A stretch of DNA of 64,000 bases from positions 92,692,001 to 92,756,000 of the forward strand of contig NC_086108.1 of NCBI RefSeq assembly GCF_963921235.1, in the 5' to 3' direction. Positions within the stretch are counted from its first letter, which is position 1. Each line of letters opens with the position of its first letter. Below, piece after piece: positions 62,154 to 64,000 of the stretch. Position numbers and translations under genes: made by a program. This DNA is from Mobula hypostoma. Lineage: Eukaryota. The notes under the pieces are model-generated. The model was not told the DNA's origin. It did no database searches and worked only from the letters and a program-made list of their open reading frames with translations.

Positions 62154-63097
62154 GTAAGTGTGAATCTCATCCCCGTAATCCCATAGTTGTTCACGGCTGC
62201 CAATGATAAACTCTCATAGCCTATTGGTACCCTGTTCACATGCATCTTGATACATGTCTGAGCATGCTTTGAGTTGGCAATGGTACTTGTCTCTTTTGTC
62301 AGATTGGGAGTTGAAGAACTACTCCAGGATTCCATTATATTCAGCATTGTCCAAGATGTTGCATTAAATTATTGCATCTTTGAGCTGGGTAGTGATTGGC
62401 TCTTCTGGTCGGTGCTTATCCCTCAACCAACATCAGGAAACTGAATGTGGGATTTTGGTTTTTGCTCTTATTAACAATGCTTTCAAAAATAAAGTAATTC
62501 ACCTTGTTAAATAGAGGGTTAAGGTGAATGACGATCCTGTGTTTGTTGTACAAAGTGCAGATGGAAGTGTTACACAACCTATCAGATTTTAATTAACTAC
62601 TCTGCAAAAGCTTTTGCAGTCTCAGAGGTTTATGAGCCTCCTGTGCAAGAAGCCAGAAATGCGCTGATGTTAACACTGTAGATTCCCTGACACAGTCTTT
62701 TACATACCAGTTATTACACTGGTAAAACTGCTGCTATATTTCCTTCAATACTGTTCTCAAGGGACATAAACTTTACAAGTGATTCAGCCCCACCCGCTGA
62801 AACTGAGAATATTGTGGAGAATATTTTTCTATTGTCTTTTATTTATGAACTGTTAATCTTTCCCATGCTTTATACAGCATGATCTTGTAAAATATATTTC
62901 TGAATTTAGGAACCTCCCAAGTTCTGAAATGTTTTTGCAAGTTTATGCTTTATAACAGGAGTTTCAAGAGTAACAAGATCAATCTATAAACAAAAGACAG
63001 TAGAACAATGCTGTCTCTCCACAGTATGCTGGTTTTCAGGAGGAGGGGCTAAATCGGTTATAATAACTTATAAAACTTGTATCTCTTGGGGAAACCT

Positions 63098-63330
63098 GGC
63101 TGGTGGCGTAGTGGCATCAGTGTCGGACTTTGGGACGAAAGATCCTGAGTTCAAATCCAGCTGGTTCCCCTGCACGCTTTCCATCCATGCTGGGTTACCA
63201 GCTGGTGATCTCTTTGGAAACTCAGAAGGCAGTGGCTGTAACTTGCCTGGTATACTGTTCCCACTACATCAGAGAGGCGTGGAGGGAAATCATCTGCTAA
63301 CCAGAGAATGCGACGTACCTTCCCTTTCCA
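63098..63330 (+). mobile_element. tRNA-headed SINE
   Basis: Pol III A box TGGCGTAGTGG and B box GAGTTCAAATCC, followed by a non-tRNA body. No complete acceptor stem. Confidence 0.6.
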
Positions 63331-64000
63331 TTTCCAAAGTTATTAGGAGGATATAAGAACTTGTTAAGAAGCAGATGTTAGTGCATTTCTGGCATCTTGC
63401 ATAGGAGGCTCATAAACTCCTGAGGTTGCAAAGGCTTTTGCAGAGCAGTCAATAAAAATGTGATAGTGCTATGCATACTGCTGTTAGGTAGAATTTGACC
63501 CAGATAATTAAAAGATAATGGAAGTTGTTTCCATTACTGTAGTAGTGAAACTTCCACTGTTGTAAATCAATAACTCCGGTCTAGGATGTACTGAATTTTA
63601 ATGGAAAGCTTGTTCTTCACACAACAGTGAGTATTCACTCTGATAAATTTGTTCTGCTTCTAATTCCTCTGCTTTTCCACTTCTGATTTTCCAGTTATAA
63701 AATTACTTTACTTCATTAAATAGAATATATAAGAAAAATAGTTAGGTACTTGCATTAGTCTTGGACCAGTGGCTGCCTCTTCATTGGACTAATACCATAG
63801 CAGTACATTAACTAAAGCATTTTGCTTTCTCTGGGGTGTTTTGTAGTTTCTTTTTTGTTTTTTTAAAATTGCGTTCTTTGTTTATTTTTTTTGAAGCATT
63901 GGATTTTGAGTAACAATCATTTCATCCTCCTTTTACCCTCGTGTACTGAAGAATGACAATAAACCATCTTGAATGAAGCTGTGATAATTCTCTATTTCTT

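Noticed and set aside
63098..63170. tRNA-like sequence
   Set aside because: A and B boxes are present but there is no proper cloverleaf, and it continues into a repeat body, so it is treated as a SINE head.

Overview
Vertebrate genomic DNA, about 40% GC by eye and dense in repeats. The repeat set (CR1, Rex1/Babar-like, Penelope-like, V-SINE, Tc1/hAT MITEs) suggests a cartilaginous fish, probably a ray (inference). The only recognisable host gene is a calponin on the + strand. It has a CpG-island promoter at about 10.3-10.8 kb and coding exons 1-4 at 10720-10776, 51665-51786, 60563-60629 and 62016-62153, which splice in frame to 128 aa covering the CH domain. The gene continues past the window end and is CNN3-like, with some CNN1-like residues. 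Most of the remaining sequence is decayed or nested transposable elements. Three signals stand out. (1) A Penelope-like (GIY-YIG) family whose terminal repeat carries a minimal type I hammerhead ribozyme; it occurs about ten times, often as fold-back inverted pairs, including a young 1.15-kb palindromic insertion with a 12-bp target-site duplication (TSD). (2) A chain of minus-strand exon-like blocks running away from the calponin promoter, a candidate divergent lncRNA or decayed gene. (3) A Gypsy element that has lost RT and RNase H through an apparently in-frame deletion. I saw no CRISPR, rRNA or true tRNA genes, and I cannot support a wholly new system beyond these candidates.
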